Source of the DNA: Nemertoderma westbladi
Taxonomy: Eukaryota > Animalia > Xenacoelomorpha
Length of the DNA stretch: 64,000 nt
Direction of reading: 5' to 3'
Assembly (NCBI GenBank): GCA_032718475.1
Contig: JAUCBJ010000697.1
Location: 45,723-109,722 of the forward strand
Shown: piece by piece, positions 24,401-34,955 of the stretch
How positions within the stretch are numbered: the stretch's first letter is position 1
How the letters are laid out: each line of letters starts with the position of its first letter
Program-made: the position numbers and the translations under genes
Notes under the pieces: generated by a model
The model's input: only the letters and a program-made list of their open reading frames with translations
Databases searched by the model: none
Told to the model about the DNA's origin: nothing

Positions 24401-24754
24401 ACATTTAGCCACTACCGGTCCTCCGCCTTTCCAATCTACCAACAACTACGTATACTACCTATAGATCAACTTTTCCAATTCCAGGTCCTCTCACTAATGT
24501 ACGATATTCATAGTAACCCCTCCCACCCTCTTTCCCACTTGTTCACCAGGGCTTCTTCAGTGCACTCCTACAACACCCGCTCTGCCTCCGCTGGTCTGTA
24601 CCACCTGCCACATGTACGTCTTATTGTCCGTCACCAGTCTGTATCTGTTCAAGGCCCTTTACTCTGGAACTCCTTGCCACAAAATATCCGTAGCAGCTCC
24701 AGTCTGAATATCTTTAAATTAAAACTTAAGAATTACTTGCTCAAAATCTCTTAA
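21467..24754 (+). CDS. LINE ORF2: PHD-like finger, APE endonuclease, reverse transcriptase (intact)
   Basis: Cys/His-rich N-terminus, HLNCRSL, SET, GDIN, SDH, PQGSVLGP, FADD, HSYNTRS. Confidence 0.95.
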   Translation: MSGQRYNPPPDRVDCNCGFCFSKFYHFDLVFLCNLCNTHYHRQCGSFLDAQDFSNNSGNNLIHFCNFCYAGIFPFYPVSNDDLDIFCSENSEDISDSDYKATGNIFSSINPDDNVNSNLIIGNYYNEAKFNNTFTSETTNPSFSVFHLNCRSLNSNFTAVTDFLSTLNNKFDILSFSETFPTKDHPINNICIDGYKNPVCDFREYGKLTRGGTAIYVRSELEMVERPDLHFPGPENSWVEISRPHPSRPLIIGCIYRPDEISYDSFATKLNDSLAKLAATKHDVIITGDINIDLIKSTKPNARDYLNIISSNGFTQTIQQPTRITTHSKTLIDHVITNIHSSICSPGVFLTETGTSDHLATFLVLSNYSTFFRPPETKYVYDYSQFDKTKFLKDLYNKQWTYKTSTVPVSDKDKFDNFYSEFTATCTTNLPRKALNKKSVSKKPWLSNGLLLAIRKKNLLYAKSVKHPTTENHNIFKLYRNKLTSLLRSAEKQYYTSEFTNNSNNMRKTWKTINNLLNRSSKSSVPKRLNISNNGSNYSVTSSSDIANHFNDFFSTIGPKLASKLPTTSRSPTRHIQHSKPNSLVLTETSAVEVHYNLLTLRDSASSNDDFPVHLVKLAAPIIATHLAYLINLSINQGHFPNSIKVSKVIPVYKGGDPFLTTNYRPISLLSVFHKIYESVIYSQLISYLEKFKIISPNQFGFRKKYTTSMAVINIVESLREALDNYDSSCLLLIDLKKAFDTLNFSILLSKVQMYGIRGTPFSLFSDYLTNRRQCVSIDNTISSLRSISCGIPQGSVLGPVLFLLYINDLPNCTSSLATLFADDTTLMRRHRHLTPLIDSMNYDANLLYDWLCDNRLTLNIDKTEYSIFKNSRFQSQSHGLSINSQPIKFTSAFKYLGIIIDNNLTFRNHISYILKKISRTGGLFYKLRHILSPQILRMLFYSLIYPYIYYGLIVWGGTYNTITKPLRTKLNKILRCITFSHYRSSAFPIYQQLRILPIDQLFQFQVLSLMYDIHSNPSHPLSHLFTRASSVHSYNTRSASAGLYHLPHVRLIVRHQSVSVQGPLLWNSLPQNIRSSSSLNIFKLKLKNYLLKIS

Positions 24755-25154
24755 AATTACAAGATACTGCCATAGATTTCATTTCAGATCAGTATTACCA
24801 GCCAAACTCGATTTTATATTTTTACAAACCAGTAATATATATACACTCACAACAACTGATTTTACATACCATTGCATTTGCCAATTATATTTTAATGTTT
24901 GACATACTATTTATGCTGCCACAATTTCAGTCAACAACAGTTACATTAGGTCTTAGTCATGTGTTCTAAAATATATACAAACACCCCTTTTCCTCCATGG
25001 TATGTGGGTGTTCCGAAGCTGAACTAGCGATTTGCTATAGTGGAGGACCACCCACACAGTACCCAGCAGATTACAGTCTGCTGTGCAATTACTCATGAAT
25101 TATTTCGTTTTTATTGAGGAATAAATAAACTCAAACTCAAACTCAAACTCAAAC

Positions 25155-26385
25155 CCATTTTGGCACTTAGAAGGATAATTGAAGAGTTATCAAAAAAGAA
25201 AGACAGGCATCTGGCTGTTATCTTTGTTGACTTCTTCAAGGCCTTTGATTCAGTCTCTCGCTCACGTATGTTGAGCATACTTTCATTATATGGGATTCCT
25301 GATGAAATTATTGCAGCAATGAGATCAGTATACGATGGTTCGACAACATTTGTGTCTACTGTTGACGGTGACACAGAACCATTTGAAGTGTTATGGGGCG
25401 TCCTCCAGGGAGACACACTTGCACCATTCTTGTTCATAATTGTGGTTGACTATGTTCTACGCATGTCCTTAGATCATCATAATGATGATGGGGTGATGAT
25501 AACTCCACCTACTGGCTCCAGAAGTCGAGGAAATCCTGCCAAGTACCTAACTGATCTAGACTTTGCTGATGACTTAGGAGTACTCTCAGAATCACTAGAG
25601 GGAGCCCAACGGCTCCTCAGCTCATTAGAACATGCTGCTTCTAGGGTTGGTCTTTTTATTAACTCCAGAAAGACCAAAATTTTGACAGTTAATTTTGAAA
25701 GTTTTCAGCAAGTCTCTGATCGGACGAGCATAAGCTCAAAGGATGGTATGCTTGAGCATGTGGACGACTTCTGTTACCTGGGATCATGGATCCGGAAGTC
25801 AGGTGAGGACCTTCGAATACGCAAGGGAAAGGCATGGGCAGCCTTGAATAGGCTTTCCAGGATTTGGAAGTCACCGAGAATTAATCGGAAACTTAAGGTC
25901 CGATTATTTAGAGCAGCAGTAGTTCCAGTACTCCTCTATAGGAGTCCATGCTGGGCTCTAACTGCCGAGGACACCAAATCTCTGGATGGCACATTCACAA
26001 GAATGCTACGCCGGGTTCATTGTGTCAAGTACAATGCACACATCTCCAACCAGACACTATATAACATTGGAGGTATCTCATTGGTTCCCCCAAGCTTGAC
26101 ACTAGAACAAAATCGCCTCAGCTTTGCAGGACATTGCTTTCGCCGTGAGGATCAGCCAGTGCATAATCTTGTACTTTGGCAGCCTCATGGAGTGAATAAG
26201 CATGGACAGCCCATGACTTTCTTGAGACGCATCTTAAAGGACAATGGCCTTGAAGATGCGGATGATCTAGCAAATGTCATGGGTGATAGGGAGTTGTGGT
26301 GGCGCAATTTTGTCGACAAGCTGGCACAGCATTCTTAAAAATGCAGCTGCAATGCAACATGCCGATCATAGTAGTAGTAGTAGTA
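25155..26385 (+). mobile_element. RTE family b, 3' part (RT ORF 25160-26338, (TAG)n tail)
   Basis: VDFFKAFDS, QGDTLAP, FADD, YLGS, and a (TAG) tail at ~26369-26385. Confidence 0.9.
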
Positions 26386-26542
26386 GGCCACGGCCACAGC
26401 CTCACTTTCCCTTGCCATAGCAGCTGTAGTTGACTCCAGGCAGCGATTGAATGAAATCAACATCAACTGGTTTACACGATGAGCGAATAGCCGGTTCCAT
26501 GCCTTGGAGTGCATGAAGAGCTGCCGGCTGTTCAGTTCAGCC

Positions 26543-27613
26543 TGTTCGCGCTATTAGACCTCTAACAGTTTAACCTGCTAATTTACGTGTCTATGTTGCC
26601 TGACAGCCCGTACAAAATATGAACACAGCTGAAGCCAGTCTAACGCGGTGTATGACCCACCGGGTGTAGGAGACTGGATTCTATGGCAGAGGCTACTTTG
26701 TATTATTCGATTGATCTCTATTATATAATCTCCAGAAACTACGTTTATTTTCAGGGAAATACCAACAGTTCCTTTTAGGTGCCGCGCTTTAAATACCACA
26801 CGGAGTTATGACTTATACTAATCACAATGGATGGTCATGAGATAACGCAAATGTTTACATTGTTTAGGAATGTAATATTAATCGCTCATACTCACGCAAC
26901 TGACAATAATACTGAAACACGCTAATTTGCCGACTGTCACCAATTTTACTCATATTACATTACATTATGGAGAAATTTAGCTCATGTACGTTGGGAGTTA
27001 TGAAATAGCATGGATTTATACAAACCACTGTGATTTGAGCCAAGCAATTGTTACTAGTGTTCCCATTCTGCTTACCTCAATAATCAAGAAAGCCAAGGGA
27101 GTTAACAGTTATTCATAAGTATTCTCCAAATATAAACATTAATCAAATAAGTTACAAACACAGTATATTATAACAGTATAACAACAGTATGAGGGATGTG
27201 GTGCAGCAGTGTCAGTAGTCAGACGTCAGGAAGTGAATGTAAAGGAAAGTCACGCAAGTGGAAAGAAAGATTGTGGTTAGTAATGAGAGTTAATAGATTT
27301 GCGTTCTATGATTTTCTCTGGCCGCTGATGTTCTGGGCAAAGTCAGAAAAGTCAGGAAGTGAGGGATTTGTCGCATTGAGTCATCTTTATGTCACCAAAG
27401 GCAAGTAAATCGAAAATCGCGCTGATTGGCCAAAATACAGGCTCTACGCATAAAGAAACAGCTGGCAAATTTCGTCATGTTAGTTCTGGACTAAGACAGA
27501 CGCTAGAGGGCATAAGTCTATACTTTCTCCATACCTTGGAACAGTGCTGGCCTTTTTAGAGTAGTTCACGAATTGCACAAAAACGTCATATTTTTGCCGC
27601 AAAAGCTTTAACA
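26543..27613 (-). mobile_element. Diverged solo LTR related to BEL family B
   Basis: Same termini (TGTTAAAGCTTTTG...CGCGAACA on -) and the same colinear conserved blocks as the B1/B2 LTRs. No matching TSD. Confidence 0.8.
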
Positions 27614-28864
27614 CAAAAGCTTAGGCCTATTACTGTATTTCTACATACAACTGTATATGGGAGTAGGCCTATAGTGAATTATAGGTATACCATGCATTTA
27701 TAATCCTGTAATCCTGTAGGTTATGTTGGACAATATCTTTATACCGGTACATTGTTTGGTGTATTTGTTATTGTTTTTACATAATGTATAAATAAATCTA
27801 CCTACCTACCTACCTATAGCTCATATTGTTTATGTTGTCTTTGTCTAAAAAAACACTGTTTTTTTATCCGTAAAAAAACAGTGTTTCGAAACATGTGTTT
27901 AAAACAACCCTTGTGTTTTTTTTAACCCTAGTGAATTATATATATATAAACAATAATAGTTCTCTGTTCTTTGCCGACCTATTGTAGCTACCATTGTAAA
28001 TTGATTATCTTTTAGATTACAAGTGTGTGATTATATAACAATTATAATAATTATTATTATAGACAGGCTGACGCCACCAGTCTATATCTCCTCTGTATGT
28101 CTCAGTAAGTTTCTTAGAATGGCAAATATGATTAATAGCAGTGAATGACTAGCTTTAGAACCGGTAGAGCTGGGTTTTGGAAAATTGGAAAAAATGGAAA
28201 TTTATGCGCGGCCAGTGGAATACAGTGAATTGATATCAACATAAACACCATATCGAAAAGAGTAGAGGGTGCTGTTGGTAGACCTTTCAAAACCACCAAA
28301 CCAACGCTCAGCTATAATCGCCATAGAATAAACTATGCAAATAAAAAATAACAACATCGATTTGTAGGTTAGATATCCGGATATAAACTAGAAGCTCACT
28401 AATGTTTCCTCTGTAACGGTTATTTTTACGATATATATTTACCAGTTTTTCAAACACACTTATTGCAGCAAGCTGCTAAGCCAAAGAAAACCCCCATTAA
28501 ATTATTTTTTTTTGTTGATAATTAAGTTGCCTTCTCGAGCTAATGCTGGACGACCCGTAATAAATGGACAGAAACAGCCCTCAGCAAAAACCGACAATAC
28601 TTTATTTAACACAGTAGTACACCACCAACAAATTGCGAGCAAAAACGTAACATGGTAAATAAACGAGAGCGTATAGAACAAGGTATATATAAATATACCT
28701 TGATATATCTCGTTTATTGTTTTGGTTAGAATGACATTGTAACATGTTCCTTCCCGTTAATTAACACTGTAAATAACATTGTGGATTCCCTCAAATGGGA
28801 TTATAATGGGATTATGGGATACATAATAACTCTATTGTGCATGAATCTTAGTGTAATAGGCAGT

Positions 28865-29939
28865 GTTTAGTGCACACTTCAAAGGTTAAGGGAAGGGAAC
28901 AGGTTACAGTTGAGTTTAGTGCACACTTCAAAGGTTAAGGGAAGGGAACAGGTTACAGTTGCGTTTAGTGCACACTTCAAAGGTTAAGGGAAGGGAACAG
29001 GTTACAGTTGAGTTTAGTGCACACTTCAAAGGTTAAGGGAAGGGAACAGGTTACAGTTGCGTTTAGTGCACACTTCAAAGGTTAAGGGAAGGGAACAGGT
29101 TACATTTGCGTTTAGTGCACACTTCAAAGGTTAAGGGAAGGGAACAGGTTACAGTTGAGTTTAGTGCACACTTCAAAGGTTAAGGGAAGGGAACAGGTTA
29201 CAGTTGCGTTTAGTGCACACTTCAAAGGTTAAGGGAAGGGAACAGGTTACAGTTGCGTTTAGTGCACACTTCAAAGGTTAAGGGAAGGGGACAGGTTACA
29301 GTTGCGTTTAGTGCACACTTCAAAGGTTAAGGGAAGGGAACAGGTTACAGTTGAGTTTAGTGCACACTTCAAAGGTTAAGGGAAGGGAACAGGTTACAGT
29401 TGAGTTTAGTGCACACTTCAAAGGTTAAGGGAAGGGAACAGGTTACAGTTGCGTTTAGTGCACACTTCAAAGGTTAAGGGAAGGGAACAGGTTACAGTTG
29501 AGTTTAGTGCACACTTCAAAGGTTAAGGGAAGGGAACAGGTTACAGTTGAGTTTAGTGCACACTTCAAAGGTTAAGGGAAGGGAACAGGTTACAGTTGAG
29601 TTTAGTGCACACTTCAAAGGTTAAGGGAAGGGAACAGGTTACAGTTGCGTTTAGTGCACACTTCAAAGGTTAAGGGAAGGGAACAGGTTACAGTTGCGTT
29701 TAGTGCACACTTCAAAGGTTAAGGGAAGGGAACAGGTTACAGTTGCGTTTAGTGCACACTTCAAAGGTTAAGGGAAGGGAACAGGTTACAGTTGCGTTTA
29801 GTGCACACTTCAAAGGTTAAGGGAAGGGAACAGGTTACAGTTGCGTTTAGTGCACACTTCAAAGGTTAAGGGAAGGGAACAGGTTACAGTTGAGTTTAGT
29901 GCACACTTCAAAGGTTAAGGGAAGGGAACAGGTTACAGT
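28865..29939. repeat. 49-bp tandem satellite (~22 copies)
   Basis: Unit GTTTAGTGCACACTTCAAAGGTTAAGGGAAGGGAACAGGTTACAGTTG(A/C). Confidence 0.97.
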
Positions 29940-30433
29940 GGCGTTGTTTCCGCCACTTCTGCCACTTTTTTTGCCTCGAAATGGCCACCTAACTATAATG
30001 TACTCCTGTATATCAGCCTCCAAATCAAAGTTAAGTGATGTTTAATTTTCGATTATAATTTACGAGTTAATGGAGTCTGGTGCGGGATAAGCGCCCCCCT
30101 CCCCCATGAAAAATAATAAAACAAATAAATATATTGTCAGCCCTGTTGCCTATATCAAATATATCAATTGATTGTGTCACCTTGTTACTTGCGATATACG
30201 GGTTTATGGGGGGTTCTGAATTCAATGGAATAAGTAAAAAATAGGTAAAAGTTATCAAACTTGTATTTTTCGGCGTTGGGTGAAACTTTTTGTGCCAGCA
30301 CCAAATTTTGAAAATAAGCAAATGGATCAATAGCAGATGGTAACATTGTAAGTAAGAAATACTGTAGTAAGAGATACTGTAGCACCAAATTTTACATTCA
30401 CCGAAAAATACGAGTAACAATGATCTGGATAAT

Positions 30434-31617
30434 TGTTCGCGCTTTTAGACCTTTAGCAGTTTAACCTGCCAAATTTAGGTGTCTTCTAGGTTATAAATCG
30501 ACTTTAGCCTATAACAAGTATTTGATACACATAAGTTACATTAGCCGAAGCCAGCCTATGCGCGATCATTCACCCACGGTTAAGGGAGACTGGATTCGGA
30601 TGCTCTGACCTTATTGCGGTGTAGACCTACTGTATTATTCGATTGATCGTTAATATATAATCTCTGACAAATATTATTCACTTTCGGGAAATATTAACAG
30701 TTCCTTTAGGACGTGGCGCTCTAAGTATGTAAACAGAGTTATGACTTACACTAAACACAACGGGATGGCTAATGACTTACGTATAAAGCGCATTCTTTAG
30801 GAAATGCTTTGTTATCTGTCACACTCATGCACACTGCTGCACACTGATCTGCCGACCTTCACTAATTTTAATCATATATAAGGAGAACAGCAACTGACAC
30901 ATGTAGGGTCTATGAAATAGCATTCAATTCACTCCAAAACCACTATAATGTGAGTCGCAATTGCTATATGTAACCGGTCTCTCTAACCTTTAGTATATCA
31001 AGAAGATTGGGGTTTTATGATTATTTATCGATATTCTCCAAATATAACAACATTCCAACAACTGATAACAATTAATAACCGACAGTAAATAGCAGTAAAA
31101 TAATGCGGTGTTTGTATGTGATCAGGTTTGACAATATGAGCAGTTTGTGACAATATGGTTTGATAACAGTTATACGTTTCTATGATCAAAGCCGTTCTAA
31201 TGTTTGGCTAAAGTCTGAAACACAGAATAATTCCACAGCCGATGTTCTGGGCTCAGGAAAAAAGGTAAACAAAGACCATAATGCATTGCGCGATTTCCCG
31301 GAGGCTTCTGTACAAATAAAATGAAAATCGCTCTGATTGGTTGAGTGAGTGAGCCGGAACAAAGAAAGCCAAAAGTTCCACATCAACATATCAGCTGATA
31401 GATGTCGTCATCTGAACTACACTGTATTAAGAGTATTTTGGCGCATTGCAGCATAAAATTGCTTGTTATGTCCGCTAAAGTACACATACAGAAAAAATGG
31501 CTTTTTATGTCCACTAAAACACCTACACAGTAAGAAAACGGCTTTTTATGTCCGCTAAAACACCTACAGAGTACTTTGCGGGAAAAATGACAAGCTAGAT
31601 CCGCAAAAGCCTTTACA
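30434..31617 (-). repeat. B1 3' LTR (1184 bp)
   Basis: TGTAAAGG...CGCGAACA on -, preceded by PPT GGGAGCGG (31625-31618). Near-identical to 54446-56300. Confidence 0.92.
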
Positions 31618-31695
31618 CCGCTCCCAGAAAATGGGATTTAATTCTATAAAATATAAAAAATCACAGTTTCTAAAATATAAAAATACTCTAAACAG

Positions 31696-33247
31696 TTAGT
31701 CTTTCTTGCGCGGACGGCGTTTACACAGTTTTTTGAGGCCAGCAACAGTCCCTTTCTCTTTGGGGCGAGCCACTTTACTAGGAGGGCCATAACTCCCGGG
31801 TGAAGGGTGCAATACAATTGCATCGGGAGGTTCAGGATTACGGTCGATGTATCCGCCGGTCGAGGTACCTGGTTGATCTATATCAACCTCAGTGGAACGA
31901 GGTCGAACAACCTTCAGAGCGCATTTTAAGACAGCAGCTCTTATTGGTCCCTGACGGGTCGTTTGCACGAAAGTGGTAGGTGGACCGTGTGTAGTGAGAA
32001 ATTTCCTCGGTTTGATGATTCTTTTCAACTCGCGTTCTCGGGCTCTATCGGAATCGATATGCTTCTCCTCGAGCTGATTTTCCTCTGCTTGTTGTTGGAA
32101 GCATTCGTCTAAAACTCTTGCAGAAAGTAGAGTCGTCCAAGTTCGATATCTTCTTAGAGATTTTGGATTTCCTGATCGAACTGAGATAAAGCTAATTCGT
32201 TTACCGCTTGGACTTGTTGCTGCAATTTACGTTTCTCTAAACAATTGTAGGTTCCTTTTCCGATCATTTGACGAATAGTGTCCAACGCGTTTCATACAAC
32301 TCTCTCCTCCACCTCGGTGACAGGTTGTATCGGGTTAAACCGGGACGATGATACAGTTGAATGGCGATATTAGATGTCCGTGTCCCAATCCTGCTAGGTA
32401 AGATGGGCGAATATCTAGGGAGCTCACAACCGGAGTGCCACCGACTAACTGTTCGGGTAACACTAGATCTTTGAACAGTGAGTACAGTTCGGGAGGATCC
32501 GTGATACTATTAGGATCAAGAGTCTGAGGTCTAACTAGGGAATGAGGAGGTCTGACCGAGTATTCCGGAACTCTGATCATAGGTTTATTTAAGGATCGTT
32601 TGAGTCGAGCGAGCGTAGGTGATACATCGAACAAGTTTCGCTCGAAACTCCCGTAAATATAGTGAGTAAAACTGTGTTTAGCTCAACATCTCCGCGGATG
32701 TTTATGTCTTTCCGTTTGTTGGTTGGGTCTTGGGCATTCATCGCAATAATACCAAAGACGCACGTCTTGTAGGGGAAACGCGGGTGATATTTATTCGGTT
32801 TTACAATGTTTCTCTCAAGAATTCCAAATATACGTTGGAGTTACCGCGTTTATCCGGTTCTTTAACGTCTTCTCTTTCAAGTCGATTTCGAATAGAATTT
32901 TCGCATTCGATTTTCAGTTTATCGTTCCGACTCCACTGGGTAGGATATTTAAATAGTACCATTTCCCTTTCGGTGTCGACATAGTCCGTATCGTGTAAAT
33001 CGATAGGATGGCCAGTAGTTAAGAAGTCCATATACGTACCATTACGATGCGTATAGCGAGCGGTGAATTTTCTATAGTCCAATTCACGCGTAAGTTGCTC
33101 CTGGGACATCGGCGGTTCGATATAACGACCATCGTCCTCTGTAGTAGTTGGACTAGCGTCGCCGCGTATCAAGCTATCAACAAATGCTTGCAACAGTAGA
33201 GTATATCGCTCCCTGATACCAAGATCATCTTCTATCAACTCAGTCAT
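31696..33247 (-). pseudogene. B1 accessory ORF (degenerate; central part non-homologous to B2)
   Basis: The N-terminal (MTELIEDDLGIRERY...) and C-terminal (...KRRPRKKD) segments are homologous to B2 41169-39720. Confidence 0.75.
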
Positions 33248-34955
33248 AGCTGCTATATGAGTTTATCAATATTATAATGAGTTTATAATTAGGCTAGCGG
33301 GCGTCGCTGCCTACCCCTCACGGCCCCCGGACAGCGCAAGATCCTCAGCGCCGATGTACTTTCGCCGATGTGCCTATCGCCAACATAGTAGCTGCACATC
33401 GACCACAACAACCAGCGTGAGTCACTCCACTGTCCGTCCCAAGGGCTAAGATTTAGTTCAGGTTCTTACTGCAGAGTTAGGGCTACTTTCACAATTGCGA
33501 CTCGCTACTGTAAACACACTTTAGTAGTAACATTCACCTATAAACGCACAAATTCCACACAACTGTCACAAATTGTACAGATTCGGGCCATTTGTCCGTT
33601 AGTCAAGTGCCTTCCAGAATGCCACGTTATTATTATGTATCCTTGGATACTAGCAGTGTGCTATTTATTCCTTATGCTATTCAATGGGGCAAGCCTTGAT
33701 TGTTCTTTTAACTCACTTCTAATTCTAGCGTGGTTGTTGCCATGGTGACATTATGGAAAGCTAGCAGTAGAATTAGGGTAATTCTCATGCATACAGATCT
33801 GGGATGCTATTTAATAGTAATTCTTTAATTGTCAATATTACTCTTTATACATGATTTTATGAATTTTATCGGCTATTGACTATATATTGGAGATTCTCGC
33901 ACACTAATATACTTAATAGGGTGAATCTCCGCTCCCATGATCTATTAATTAATGGAATTTTGGGAATGTTATAAATTGTATAAAAATGACAATTTATCAA
34001 ATTCATTAAAAGAGATGAATTTAAATTTATTCCCGTAAATTTTATTATTTAATATTAAAATAGACACAATTTTATTCCAGAACATGTCTGGGGACTGGGA
34101 TCCTTGATTCTAGGAAATTTGTCTTTTTAAGAGTATCAGTAAGTGCTACGATATCTTAATAGACTAGAATTTTAAAGGATCTAAAATTTTACAGATTTTA
34201 ATTTATAGATTTTCTAGAGTTAACTTGTAAGTATTTACTCTATTGTATTTGTTTGACAGATTTTATAAATATTAATAGTTAATATTTAAGATGGGCACCG
34301 GTTTATTCCAGAACTTGTCTGGGGACGTTAACCACTGATTCTAGAATTTTGTCTTTCAAGTATATCGGTGGGTGCCGCGATATCTTAATCGACTAGAATT
34401 ACAGATGGTCAAAGGGTTTAACATATTTATTTTGCGTTTTACGCTACTGTTAAAGGGACATCACGCTACTATATGTATTATTTAATATACGGTATGAGAG
34501 CAATATCGCAAGAAGCAATGTCAGTGAGAAGAGGCAAGTCGTTTCCAAGGTCTACCCAGAGCTTGGTTTAGCTGAGACACGAGGATCTGAATTTTGCATT
34601 CCTAATACTCTACTTACCAATAATACTTGAATATAGTAGGAGCTTTATTGTACTTTAATAAGTACGGATATTTCATCTTACTGTAGTCACGTATTTATAA
34701 TAGGATATGGACAGTAAGGAAAGAGAAAAAGAATTATTTCTCGCCGTCGCACTAAATATATAATATAATATAAGTAAGTAAGTAATAAACACTAATATAT
34801 ATTGCACTAATCTACTAGATAATCGCTAAAATAACATTCTACTAAATAAAATTAAAGAAAACGATTATAATAAAATTACATAATAATACATACATAAATA
34901 TAAAATAATAAAACAAATATAAAATAATATAGTCACACACCCACTCCAGACGCTG

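Larger units (their letters stand above)
20044..25154 (+). mobile_element. Apparently full-length CR1/L2-group LINE (Crack/Daphne-like)
   Basis: ORF1 + ORF2, AATAAA followed by an (AAACTC)n tail, and TSD CCATTT at 20038-20043 and 25155-25160. Confidence 0.9.

Noticed and set aside
27614-28864. Possible host gene or exon in the non-repetitive stretch
   Set aside because: AT-rich, with no ORF or recognisable motif. It cannot be supported.
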